From Gracilinanus agilis (Eukaryota): DNA of 64,000 bases. Made by a program: the position numbers and the translations under genes. A model generated the notes under the pieces. It saw nothing but the letters and a program-made list of their open reading frames with translations. It was not told the origin of the DNA and made no database searches. Shown piece after piece: positions 38,647-50,135 of the stretch; within the stretch, counting starts at the first letter, position 1, and every line of letters starts with the position of its first letter. The stretch is taken from the NCBI RefSeq assembly GCF_016433145.1, contig NC_058132.1, positions 89,677,158 to 89,741,157 of the forward strand, read 5' to 3'.

Positions 38647-41398
38647 TAAATAGGGGAAAAAAGGAATTCACCTTCTTTTCAGCAGTACGTGGAACATTCA
38701 CAAAGATTGACCATGTACTAGGGCATAAAAACATGGCAAACAATGCAAAAAAGCAGAAATAATAAATGCAACCTTATCAGATAATAATGCAATAAAAATA
38801 GTGATTAGCAAGGATATATGGAGAAGCAAATTAGAAATTAAAATATATTTTGGAACTAATTTGAAATTAAATAATATGATTCTCCAAAATAAGTTAGTGA
38901 AAGAACAAATCATAGAAATAATTAATAATTTCATGGAAGACAACGACAATGAAGAGACTTCTTACCAAAACCTATAGGATGCAGCCAAAGCAGTTCTAAA
39001 GGGAAAATTTATATCATTGAGTGCATATATTAACAAATTATAGAGGGCAGGGGTTAAGGAATTGGGCATGCAACTTAAAAAATCTAGAAAGCAAACAAAT
39101 AAAGATCCCCAGATGAAAACTAAATTAGAAATACTAAAAATTAAAGGAGAAATTAATAAAATTAAAAGCAAAAGAACTATTGAATTAATAAATAAGAATA
39201 GAAGCTCATGTTTAGGGGAAAAAAGAGATAAAATAGACAAAGTATTGGTAAATCCAATAAAAAAAGAAAGAAGAAAAGCAAAATAACAGTATCAAAGATG
39301 AAAAGGGACACCTCACCTCTAATGAAGAGGAAATCAAGGCAATTATTAAAAACTATTTTGCCCAGTCTTATGGCAACAAATATGGCAATATAGGTGATAT
39401 GGATTAATATTTACAATAATATACATTGCCTAGATTAATAGCAGAATAAATAGAATATCTAAATAATGCAATATCAGAAAAAGAAATTGATCGAGCCATC
39501 AAAGAACATCCTAAGGAAAAATTGCCAGGGCCTGATGGATTCACAAGTGAATTTTATCAAACATTCAAAGAACAACTAATCCCAATACTATACAAATTAT
39601 TTGGCATAATAAGCAAAGAGTGAGTCCTGCCAAATTCCTTTTATGACATGAATATGGTACTGATCCCAAAGCCAGGCAGACCAAAACAGAGAAAGAAAAC
39701 TACAGACCAATTTCCCTAATGAACATAGATGCAAAAATCTTAAATAAAATACTAGAAAGAAGACTTTAGCAAGTGATCATGAAGGTTATTCATTATGATC
39801 AGGTAGGATTTATGCCAGGAAGGCAAGGATAGTTCAATATTAGGGAAACCGTCCACATAATTGACCATATTAACAAGGTAACAAACAAAAACCACATGAT
39901 TTTCTCAATAGATGCTGAAAAAACCTTTGATAAAATACAGCACCCATTCCTATGACAACACTAGAAAGTATAGGAATAAAAAGATCTTTCCTAAAAATAA
40001 TAAACAGTATATATCTAAAACCATCAACAAGCATCATATGCAATGGGGATAAATTAGAAGCCTTTCCAATAAGATCAGGTGTGAAACAAGGATGCCCATT
40101 ATCACCTCTATTATTTAACATTGTACCAGAAACACTAGCAGTAGCAATTAGAGAAGAAAAAGAAATTTAAGGTCTTAAAATAGGCAATGAGGAGACTAAG
40201 CTACCACTCTTTGCAGATGATATGATGGTCTACTTAAAAAATCCTAGAGAATCAACTAAAAAGCTAATAGAAATAATGAACAACTTCAGCAAAGTTTTAG
40301 GATACAAAATAAATGCACATAAATCATCAGCATTTTTATATATTTCCAACACATTGCAGCAGAAAAATAACATTTAAAATCACCCTAGACCAGTAATAGG
40401 CAAACTATGGCCTGTGGACCAGATTTGGGCCCCCTGAAATGTTCTATCTGGCTGTGGGATATTATTTCTAATCTGAAAAATACAATGAGTAGAATACAAT
40501 ACAATAAAATTTGAAAAGAGTTGCCTTAGAAACAGACTGACAAATGAGCATTTCCTTTGCTTTGGCCCCCTCTTTAAAAAGTTTGCCCATCACTGCCTTA
40601 GACAATATAAAATATAAAAAACAAACATAGGGATTATACGGACACAACTACAAAACACTTTCCAAACAATTAAAACTAGATCTAAACAGTTGGAAAAACA
40701 TTGATTGCTCATGGGTAAGACAAGCTATCATAATAAAAATGACCATTCTTCCCAAATTAATTTACTTATTTAGTGCCATACCTATCAAACTACCAAAAAA
40801 TTATTTTACAGCATTAGATAAAACTATAACAAAGTTCATTTGGAAGAGCAATAGATCAAGAATATCAAGGGAAATAATGAAAAAAAATGTGAAGGAAGGG
40901 GGCCTAGCAGTACCAGATATTAAACTATACTATAAAGCAGCAGTCATCAAAACAATATGGTACTGGCTAAGAGACAGAAGGGAGGATCAGTGGAATAGAC
41001 TTGGGGAAAGTGACCTCAGCAAGACTGTCTATGATAAACCCAAAGAGCCCAGTTTTAGGGACAAAAATCCACTATTTGACAAAAATTGTTGGGGAAATTG
41101 GAAAAAGTATGGGAGAGATTAGGTTTAGATCAACATCTCACACCCTACACCAAGATAAATTCAGAGTGGGGGAATGACTTGAATATAAAGAAGGAAACTA
41201 TAAGAAAATTAGGTGAACACAGAATATTATACTTGTCAGATCTCTGGGAAAGGAAAGATTTTAAAACCAAGCAAGAGTTAGAAAAAATTACAAAATGTAA
41301 AATAAATAATTTCGATTACATTAAATTAAAAAGTTTGTGTACAAACAAAACCAATGCAACCAAAATCAGAAGGAAAACAACAAACTGGGAAAAAATCT
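38647..41398 (+). mobile_element. L1 (LINE-1) ORF2 fragment (endonuclease C-terminus through RT), disrupted, 3'-truncated
   Basis: Nucleotide and translated L1 ORF2 motifs: [86 protein letters not shown]. Many stops and frameshifts. Interrupted by a hAT MITE at 40391-40595. Confidence 0.97.
40391..40595. mobile_element. hAT MITE, family B, inserted in L1 ORF2
   Basis: TIRs cagtaataggcaaac / gtttgcccatcactg. TSD ccctagac / ccttagac (40383-40390, 40596-40603). Confidence 0.93.
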
Positions 41399-41408
41399 TC
41401 CCAGCATA

Positions 41409-42900
41409 GGAGATTTGAAGTGTCATCTTCGCCCACCTGCTTTGATTTGCTTGACTTAGCCTGGGTGGTACTAGCTGAGCCTGAAGCCACCACCCGTTTG
41501 CTGTATCTTTTGAGGGAGGCATTGTTCCTGCACAGAAGGTAAAGTATAAATTTCCCTTATATTACTAACAGCTGAGTGGCTGGCACTGGCCTCCTGCCTC
41601 TCACAACCCCAAAACCCATAACCATGTGGGTTCAGCACCATTGGTTTCCTATTGGTTTGGAGCTGAAATGGCCCCCAACACAGCACAGAAGTGCAAGGAG
41701 CTGGCGATCTTAAGCTCTTTCCATGCTGCCCACCCCTCTTCTAGCTTCGAAGTCAATTTTAAACTAACCCTGGGGGTTTTCATGCTCCTGACTGAGAAGG
41801 TGGAAACTGAGGATTTAGCCCACACAGGGGTCTCCATTGCCACTATCTAGACCCTAAAACCCAGCATAATGGGGAGCAGCTAGTAGCTCAGTGAATTGAA
41901 AGCTAGATTCTTGGAAATTATACCCTGGTTTCCTGACCCAAACAGGTGTAGCCTGTATTCTATACGCAAATACCCTTTTGTTCTCCCTGGTGTTTTTGCC
42001 CCTAGGTGGGAGGTTAAGGAAGAATACTCTTCCAAACCTCTTAGCTAACTCTTGAGGCTTTTTTGTTTCGTTTTGTTTTGTTTTGTTTTTACCTTCAAGA
42101 AAGTGTGTTTTATTTTGACTGAAATAGAAAACTCTTGCCTTTTCTTGCCGCCCCTCCTAAATTTAGTCTCAGGTAAGGCTTTTCACCCAGCCTCCACTCA
42201 GGGATTAATTAGGGCATGTCTCCATCTACACCAAACTTTTTTCTCTAAAATCCTTACAAAGTCCAGTCCACTAGACTTGTGATGTTTTTACTCCTAGCCA
42301 GTGCTTACTATGGTAGCACCACATTTGAAAAAAAGAGTAGAATTGCTAATGATTTAATAATTTGAATTAAAAGCATGGCCCACTCTATGAAAGAGCAGTG
42401 CATTACCAGTTTTAGGATGTCTTTCCTTACTTCATTTTCTGGGAGTACTTGCACCTACTAGATACTTTGAAATTTATCCATTCCTCCCCAAGAAAAAAAA
42501 AACAATTCAAATATAACTTGAGTAATCTCAAGATGCAAGAGGGATAGTCTACTCAGTTTCTACAACACATTTAATATGGGATTCATCCACACTGTACTCA
42601 GTGCAGAAATCCCCCTCAATATGGAGGACCTCAGAAATGTGGCCAAAGGAATCTAGATTGATGATGATACTCAAGAGGGGAAGGAACCTCAATGAGTCTG
42701 GCCTTTTCAGACTCCATTACTTTATTGATAGTAATTGTTTCAGTTTATTCCTCTCCAAATAGTGAAGAAGCCTCTGTAACTCAGCTATCAGAATTGGAGA
42801 AAAGGACTCTTGTATTGATTGCTCACAAACCTTCTATTAACATTGTGTGCCTGTATTCTGTCACGCTTACTGTATTTGCTGATTGTTTACTTTAAAAATC
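41409..42900 (+). mobile_element. Possible decayed ERV leader/gag fragments, with a SINE 5' fragment at ~41871-41907
   Basis: Weak motif resemblance only: TMWVQ...GLELKWPP (cf. ERV1 MA 'WPxYxL...KWP'), QEG*STQFLQHI (cf. MHR QxxxESPxxFLxRL), and LNMEDLRNVAKGI (cf. end of CA). Confidence 0.35.
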
Positions 42901-42901
42901 A

Positions 42902-43329
42902 ATTTTGGTTGTATTGATTTTGTTTATACAAACCCTTTTTAATTTAATGTAATCAAAATTATTTATTTTGCATTTTGTAACATTCTCTATCCCTTGATTG
43001 CTCTTACAATCTTTCCTTTGCCATAGATCTGACAGGTAAACTTATCCTATGTTCACCTAATTTACTTATAATTTCCTTCTTTATATTTAAGTCATTCACC
43101 CATTTTGAATTTATCTTGGTGTAGAGTGTGAGATGTTGATCTAAACTTAATCTCTCCCATACTGTTTTCCAGTTTTTCCAGCAGTTTTTGTCAAATAATG
43201 AGTTATCGTCCCAAAAGTTGGGATCTTTGGGCTTATCGAACACTGGCTTGCTGAGGTCATTTACCCCAAGTCTATTCTACTGATCTTCCTTTCTGTCTCT
43301 TAACCAGAACCATATAATTTTGATGATTG
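42902..43329 (-). mobile_element. L1 ORF2 fragment
   Basis: ORF 43004-43243 (FDKPKDPNFW...WKTVWERLSLDQHLTLYTKINSKW) is the marsupial L1 ORF2 C-terminal region and is homologous to 40942-41367. Confidence 0.95.
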
Positions 43330-43376
43330 TTTTAAAATTTAATTTTGTTTTTAGTTCACATATTGATCTAATCTAA

Positions 43377-43980
43377 TACATTCTGTTACACTATGTCATT
43401 TTCAGCTATATGTCTGTTTCATTGCCTTTATTTTTACCCTCCTCATATGACTGGACTGGAGAAAATACCATTATAAAAGTCCATAAGCAAGTTGGACAAA
43501 CACTTTTCCATGGCAAAACCATAGGTCCTTATGGATGCTGGGTTTGTCACAAGATCCATTGAGGTCACATGTTGCCTTCATGGCCTTTTGTTCCTTTTTG
43601 CCTTTGTTATTGTCACATAGATGATGATGGATGGACTCCATCAAACTGATTAAAACCAGTATCAGTGACCTTTGGAGAATCTAATGAGCTAAAAAAAATC
43701 TCAATTGATTTTAACAGGACTTTAGAAGTGATTTTCGGGTATTTAGTAACACTACTACCTTTGACTGATCATTCACCTTCCTTTGACACGTGTTTAACAA
43801 AAGGTAAAGATCCATTTAGTAGTTGAAGTGAAGTGTAATAGCACTATTGTATTCCTCACCTCTGCATTCATAAAAATGTAATGGATGAGACATCAGAAGT
43901 GAATTTCACTATTGTATTCCTCGCCTCCACATTGCAATGGATGGGACATATAAATAATACATGCCTTTTACAGCTGTTAC
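43377..43980 (+). mobile_element. Degenerate ERV envelope (signal peptide + SU N-terminus), CWVC type
   Basis: Manual translation (frame of 43452): YILLHYVIFSYMSVSLPLFLPSSYD-WTGENTIIKVHKQVGQTLFHGKTIGPYGCWVCHKIH*GHMLPSWP...FNRTL...DTCLTKGKDPF, then after a frameshift VEVKCNSTIVF. Shows a hydrophobic leader, W-x(1-2)-EN...CWxCH layout as in recalled EnvV-type envs, CxxC at 43536-43547, and N-glycosylation sequons. Confidence 0.7.
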
Positions 43981-44129
43981 AGTCTCATACCAGAGGAGAG
44001 AGGTTTTTCCTTTCTCTTTCTTAAACAAATCTTAGATACCCCCAATTGGAAATGCCCTTGAAGGAACTGTTAGGTGGAACTCTCTTTAAAATTCAATCCT
44101 GCCCAAGGCACTATTAATTTTCTATTGAT

Positions 44130-45100
44130 TTCTCCTTTGAATGGACAACTTCACTGGACTGAGTCCTGGCCTTATGGTCTGACATTAAGGCAACATACAG
44201 AGAGTGGAGACAGAAAGAGGAAATCACAGTCCACTGGCCCCCATGCCAATATAATAAGGTAGCTGGGGATTCAAACAGAGCCAACAGTCAGACAGCATCT
44301 GGGGCCACGGCTATTCAAGAAGGTTAAGACTGCCAAGAGCATGTTGAGAAGGGATTGCTCTCCCCAGGGGTATCTTCCTGTGGCCACCATCTGTTGCCCA
44401 AGAGTGGGGACTGTGGGGGTAGATGCCAGTTTGTGTCCTGTAAGGTTGCCTTTTGGGGGCTTACAGGAGAGGGCAGTAATTTCTCAGCCACACATTGCAC
44501 TGTTAATTCTGTCTCTGGATCTCTTCCAGTGAAGTACAGCCAGAGTCCTGATACCCAGCCCACCAACCAGCCTATGTTCGACTGGGATCCTAATAGTTAA
44601 AATAATTGGGTTATAGGATCAGAGGGTAGCCTTGGACTTCCCCTTTCTCCAAAGCATAACATAGGGTTCTATCTTTGCACGGGGCAAGGAGGCTTCATTG
44701 TCCCATCTCAATTCCCCCTCTACTAGTAACTAAGTCAAACCTTTGACTAGGCATCAGGCAAGGGTACATACAGGGAACAAAGGAATTTTTCTGCCTATGG
44801 TTTGCCTGAAATACTTCTACAATGGGGGAGTACAATGTCCCATGCCGTCTCCTTTCCCCCTTCCCCCCCAATATCTAAAGGAACAGGGGTGATGGCCGTA
44901 GTCTTCTATAGTTTCTTCATAGCTGATAAGGGACATCAAGTCTCTGAGAGGGGGAAGGAGAGGCTGTGGGCACAGGGCCTTTGGGGCTTTTCTGGACCAA
45001 ATTCCTGGGTCCTAGTAGCTGGGGACCTGAAGGCTCAGAGATCTGAAAGGCATGTCTAGCAACTGTTTTCCTTGACTGACAGAGAGGTCACAAGGAGGAG
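44130..45100 (-). mobile_element. Degenerate gammaretrovirus-like (ERV1) envelope SU
   Basis: Minus-strand translation gives NPIILTI, then WLVGWVSGLWLYFTGRDPETELTVQ (cf. MLV WGLRLYxSGxDP), a Pro-rich linker (LLPSPVSPQ...LPPQSPLL), SLLNMLLAVLTFLN and DCWLCLNPQLPYYIG (cf. ECWLCLVSGPPYYEG). CWLC is at 44275-44286. Frameshifts and stops are present. Confidence 0.8.
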
Positions 45101-46678
45101 AGTCAGTCCCTAAGGCAGAAGTGTAGAAACCAGAGAAGTACAACAGAAATTGATATTAAACATTCATTTGGGTATCTTAGCCTAACAGATTCCATCTTCA
45201 GAAATCATCTTCTGACAGAAATGGATCCCTTTAGGAAATCTGATTCCTAAGTTGTTTGCAGAGATGGTATGTGAAATTTCTGTTAAAGAATATCCTTTTG
45301 CAAAGCCCACATTAATATGGGATCTATAAATACTTGAGTAATAATATTTTACAGATGAATTTCTTTACCCAGATTCTGGAGGAAATCCAGAAAGATTTGG
45401 GTTATATTTCTAAGCTCAAGACTCAAACTTCAATTGGGGAAAATTAAGGCTGCAATACAAATAAGTTATTAACAAACTCTGCCTAATTCTCAAAGTATGT
45501 TCCCTAACAATTTAATAATTTCAGTCATTAACCTAATAGGTTGTTTGGGGAAATGGAAATCTTAATTTCACAATTTGCATTATGTGCTGATTATGGGAAT
45601 TTGTCACACAGAAATGGCAAGATGAGATTTTTTTCCTTATTAATTGCATATAGGTTACATATCATATGTCCTTAACCTATTCAGGTGAAAATTTTAATCC
45701 TCTTAACAGTACAAATGCGTACATATTTTGTATTCACTCATCATTACTTTCTAACAACTTGTGTGTGAATGCATGTTAATCTCTAGATCACAAATTCCTT
45801 ATGTATTGTACATATTTTAAAAAACAATTCATTTACATACATTAAAATAACAACTCATCTGAAAAATCTCATGTTTAAATTGTAGAATAAGTTCTCCTCA
45901 AAAACATTACGACTTTTTCTGAATGACCTTTACATCTTATACTATAGACCTTCTGTATACAAAGGAGCCAGTACAATTTCTGCCTTCATAGAATGAACAT
46001 TCCCTTTCTATGTCAGGCTGGCTATTGATCACATTCAAACAACTCTTAAATTCACTGAAACCATTATGCATTGCATAACCAAACAAATTTCTAACCATGA
46101 GATTTTGTGTTCAATAAAATCTGGCTAACATTCAACATTTCACTGACAATTGTCAAAATAAATGAAATTACATTGTATCATATCAAAATCATTAGCAATC
46201 TTCCAAAGTTGCATATATCAACCTTTAAAATTAAATCTTAAGTGAAAATTGAATCAAAGCCCAGTAATTAACAGTTCCTAAAATTTGAATCTCAGGCTGT
46301 CTGTATCGTGTCACATTAGTTTGACATAAAACAGATGGAGGCCCCAGGGGGATGGTCCAACACAGAGCTGGGGAGCTGGAAGAAGGCTATTGGGATTGGT
46401 GTGTATGAGCCTCAAATTCATCTGATTCTGTGATCTCCTTTCAGGGGTGTGGGCTGAGTGGGGATGGGGAAGTTCCTAGAGTTGGCAAGGACCTAGGTCA
46501 GAATCCCTGGGAAGCATGTGGAGTCATGAATGAGTCAAACTATATTTATCCCTTCCTTTAAAAAACAAATTCAAAGAAAGACTATAGACAGTTTATATCA
46601 TTTTTAATAAGCCACTTGAAAAAGTGCTTTGTCAAATTATTTTGCAAAAGATGTAGGAAATGTGTACCAAAATGTGCG

Positions 46679-46693
46679 CATATATATATGTAT

Positions 46694-46726
<33 letters not shown>

Positions 46727-46738
46727 GAGAGAGAGAAA
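46679..46738. repeat. Compound (TA)/(CA)/(TA)/(GA) microsatellite
   Basis: Direct reading. Confidence 0.9.
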
Positions 46739-48700
46739 GATGATATAGAGATGATAGAGATACATACATATACATATAAACTTACATGCCTACATATACA
46801 TACCCCCACATACATATTTAGACACTTAAGAATATTTGAACGTTTCTTGCTTCATGAGGGGCACTGTGCTAAGAGCTCTGTTTGTGAACTCAAGGTGGAA
46901 ATATAATCTTGTCTTTAGGTGCTTATATTTAATGAAGAAAATATATATAAAGGGGAGTTAGAAATGGGGAGGGGATACTTGAATTATGGCATAGTATAGA
47001 GAAAATCAGGAAGTGGAAAAGAGCATTGGTACTTCAGTTTTACAAGTCAAATTCCTCTCTTTGCAATTGTCTGAAAACTTGGCTCTATTTCAAGTCCCAT
47101 TGAAAACACCACTTTTTAAAGAAAGCCTTTCCTGATCCCTCTTAATTCAAGTACCTTCCCACTGTTCATTATTTTCAATTTATCCTGAATATAGTTAGTT
47201 TTTATATAGTTATTTGCATGTGGTTTCCCCAATGTCCAGCTTAGTGCCCATGGCCAACAGCTCATAGATATATCTGAGAGAAAAAGCAGAACTAGAAGTG
47301 TACATTACATCTTGATGACTTCATAATATTGGAGACCCTCAATAGGAAGAGCAATGAGAGTCAAGGCCATTCTATCAGGTATAGGAGCAGTTCAATCTGC
47401 TAAACTCTGACTGCTGAGCTCTGAAGACTATTTCTTTCAGTAACAATTGTTGAGGGTCAAGTCCCCATATGTTTACCTACTCTACAATATGGAAAGGAAA
47501 ATGACCTTTAATGGTTTTAAAGCTATTCTCTTCTAGCTCTGATTATCTCTTTCTGGTAAATAGGTCTAAGAAACAGACCATTCATTAAAGGAATGCTGGG
47601 AATACTGGGTAATCACAAGGGAAGGCTTGTAAGTACATGATTGTCCATTCTTGAGCACTAGATCTCAGATACAATTTCAGCATTTACTCCACCTTCCTCC
47701 CATTGTACATATTTTCATTAAAATTATCCCCCAAATTGGCACAAATATAAACACTCACTTTCATATGCCATAATAAAGACTCTGAAAGATAATGCAATAG
47801 TGAGACAAAAACATGCACACATATAGGTCATGAATGCTGACATATAAACAGATATACAAAACATTATACAATAATGATTAGGGATTTTGCTCATAAATAA
47901 TGCTTTGTATATAAGTTGATAATGATTTTAGTCCAAATACCCATACTCAAGAGTACTCATGCCCACACTTTAACTCAAGTACAATGACACAGGAACACAA
48001 TCAACGAAGATATGCATCCATATTTAGTGATATTCACAAACATATAGGTGTACACAATAATATTCCAACACCCTACCTGCCCATACAACAAAACAGGTAG
48101 GCACTGAGATACAGAATCTCTCTCTCACTCTTGGTCTTTGTCTCTGTCTTATACACACATGCACACACAGGCATAGTGATGCCATAGATGGGTATTGAGG
48201 AAAATAAGACATTCTAAAGGCAAGTAAATAATGGTTTAGAAACAAACACAAAATTTTAAAAGCCTGCTTCTGGCTTGCTCCATTTCATAGAAAATAACAA
48301 CATCATGGGGTTTAGGTGGGATTTTTTGTTTTATTCCCTTTGCTCATTCCCAAAATTATAAAAAACAATAAAACTCTAAAAGACCTTTTCTGTGGATTTT
48401 GTGTTTTGTAAAAAGTCAGCATATTGCAGTGGAAATATGAACTTGAACAAGTCACTAACCCCATATGGCCCTCAGTTTCCATCTAGAAAAAATGGAATTA
48501 TACTAGAAAAACCCTGAGATTTCCTCCCAATTCTGAATACATAGAAAGATACTGCCAATTTAATCCACATGGAATGGGGTAGCTGGATAATGAGATTAGT
48601 AACTATGCCATTTGAAACTAGGGTACACAATCTGTTTAAATTTAATCTACAGAAGAGAAAATCCAGGGAGAACATATTGTTAACTTTCAATTGTTTCTGT

Positions 48701-49422
48701 TGTAATGTGGGATTTCTTGCATTTGCAATATTAACCTAGGCAATCCTGTCAGTTAGCAGAATGGAACTCTGGCCTGGCAGGTGCCATCCCAGGTGCCAAC
48801 TGACAGTTGGGCTGTGACTATATAAGGCTCTGCAAACCCAACCTTGGGGTTCTGATTTCCTTGACCTCACCCAAACAACCAGCTGCCCCTGACTTCCCCT
48901 TGGGGATCCTGGGAGGTTGAAGGGAAGTGGGTTGTGGAACATGGGCAGGAATTAGTTTAGTGGAGCCTTGTGGTTAGGGACATCCCTAGAACAACTCAAC
49001 AACTTCATCTGTTTAGCTGGTGGATCAAATAACATCAGGCCAGTGTCAAGTTATCTCTGGCTGAGGACTGGTTCCGAGTCTGACCAGGCCTTCAAGATCC
49101 ATTACAAACATTTGGCAGTTGCCTCTAGCAACAGCTTAACAAGACCTTAAACCCTCTTACCTTAGTTTTCCCTTTCCAGTTTAAATAAATGCTTTAGTCT
49201 AAATCAGTGAGTCCCTGTGATTCCTTCAACTTCACCAAGGCTAAGGGGACTAAAGAGGGGAGGGAATATTGAGGAATTGAGTCTACTGTGAAGTGGAAGC
49301 TAAGCCTCCATTGTAGCCAGGAAGTAGAGTCCCATTTCCTGCTGGGTTCTGCTCTCACCCAATAGAAGGCAGTTACTTCAGCAGGGAGGGGCTGCCCACT
49401 CAACACTATAAGGGAGCCTACA
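48701..49422 (+). mobile_element. Probable solo LTR
   Basis: TG...CA ends, tatataa box at ~48818, aataaa at ~49184, and locally raised GC. No clear TSD. Confidence 0.5.
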
Positions 49423-49601
49423 GCTGGCAGTGGAGATTCACTGGGCACTTCAGCTGAGGTTGTTCATCTGTTATCAACTAACCCCAAAAGCTCCTGTTAG
49501 GTTAGTTACTGGCTCCCAGGCCCCTGGTGACTCACTTTTACCGTCATCATCATATTATCTATTACATTATTATCCATTACACTGTCCTATTGCCTCTTCT
49601 T

Positions 49602-49808
49602 TTTTTTTTTTTTTAAACCCTTACCTTCCGTCTTGGAGTCAATACTATGTATTGGCTCCAAGGCAGAAGAGTGGTAAGGGTAGGCAATGGGGGTCAAGTG
49701 ACTTGCCCAGGGTCACACAGCTGAGAAGTGTCTGAGGCCAGATTTGAACCTAGGACCTCCCGTCTCTAGGCCTGGCTCTCAATCCACTGAGCTACCCAGC
49801 TGCCCCCC
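49602..49808 (-). mobile_element. SINE1_Mdo-type SINE, 14-bp TSD
   Basis: TSD tattgcctcttctt at 49588-49601 and 49810-49823. Confidence 0.95.
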
Positions 49809-49849
49809 ATATTGCCTCTTCTTGATCTCATCTGGAGATTTCATGGCAA

Positions 49850-50135
49850 AGATTCTGGAATAGTTTGCCATCTCTGAAAAATATATTTTTAAATAATTTC
49901 ATAAGGTAGCCAGGAAAAATACTTATTCTACCCAATACAGCAGGTTATTTACTAGGAAGCAGAGAATTAACTATTTTTCTCATTTTAAAGATGAGAAAAC
50001 TAAAGCAAATAGGGTTAAGTGACATGCCCAGGGTCACACAGCTAGTAAGTATCTGAGGCCAAATTTGAACTCAGGAAGATGAGTCTTTCTGACTGCAGAC
50101 CCAGTGCCCTCTCACTGAGTCATCTAGCTGCCATA
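49850..50135 (-). mobile_element. MAR1/MIR SINE pieces
   Basis: ggcaaagattctggaatagtttgccat... and gggttaagtgacatgcccagggtcacacagctag. Confidence 0.75.

Noticed and set aside
38698-41542. Multiple 60-130 aa ORFs (also 16036-16380, 20678-21041, 43004-43243, 55233-55574)
   Set aside because: They are fragments or antisense reads of dead L1 ORF2, not independent genes.
41409-41860. Faint resemblance of minus-strand translation to filovirus or bornavirus nucleoprotein (AVLGAISAPNQ*ET...VLGL) and to a SPRY domain
   Set aside because: Only scattered identities across six frames, with wrong motif spacing. This is not distinguishable from chance without a profile search.
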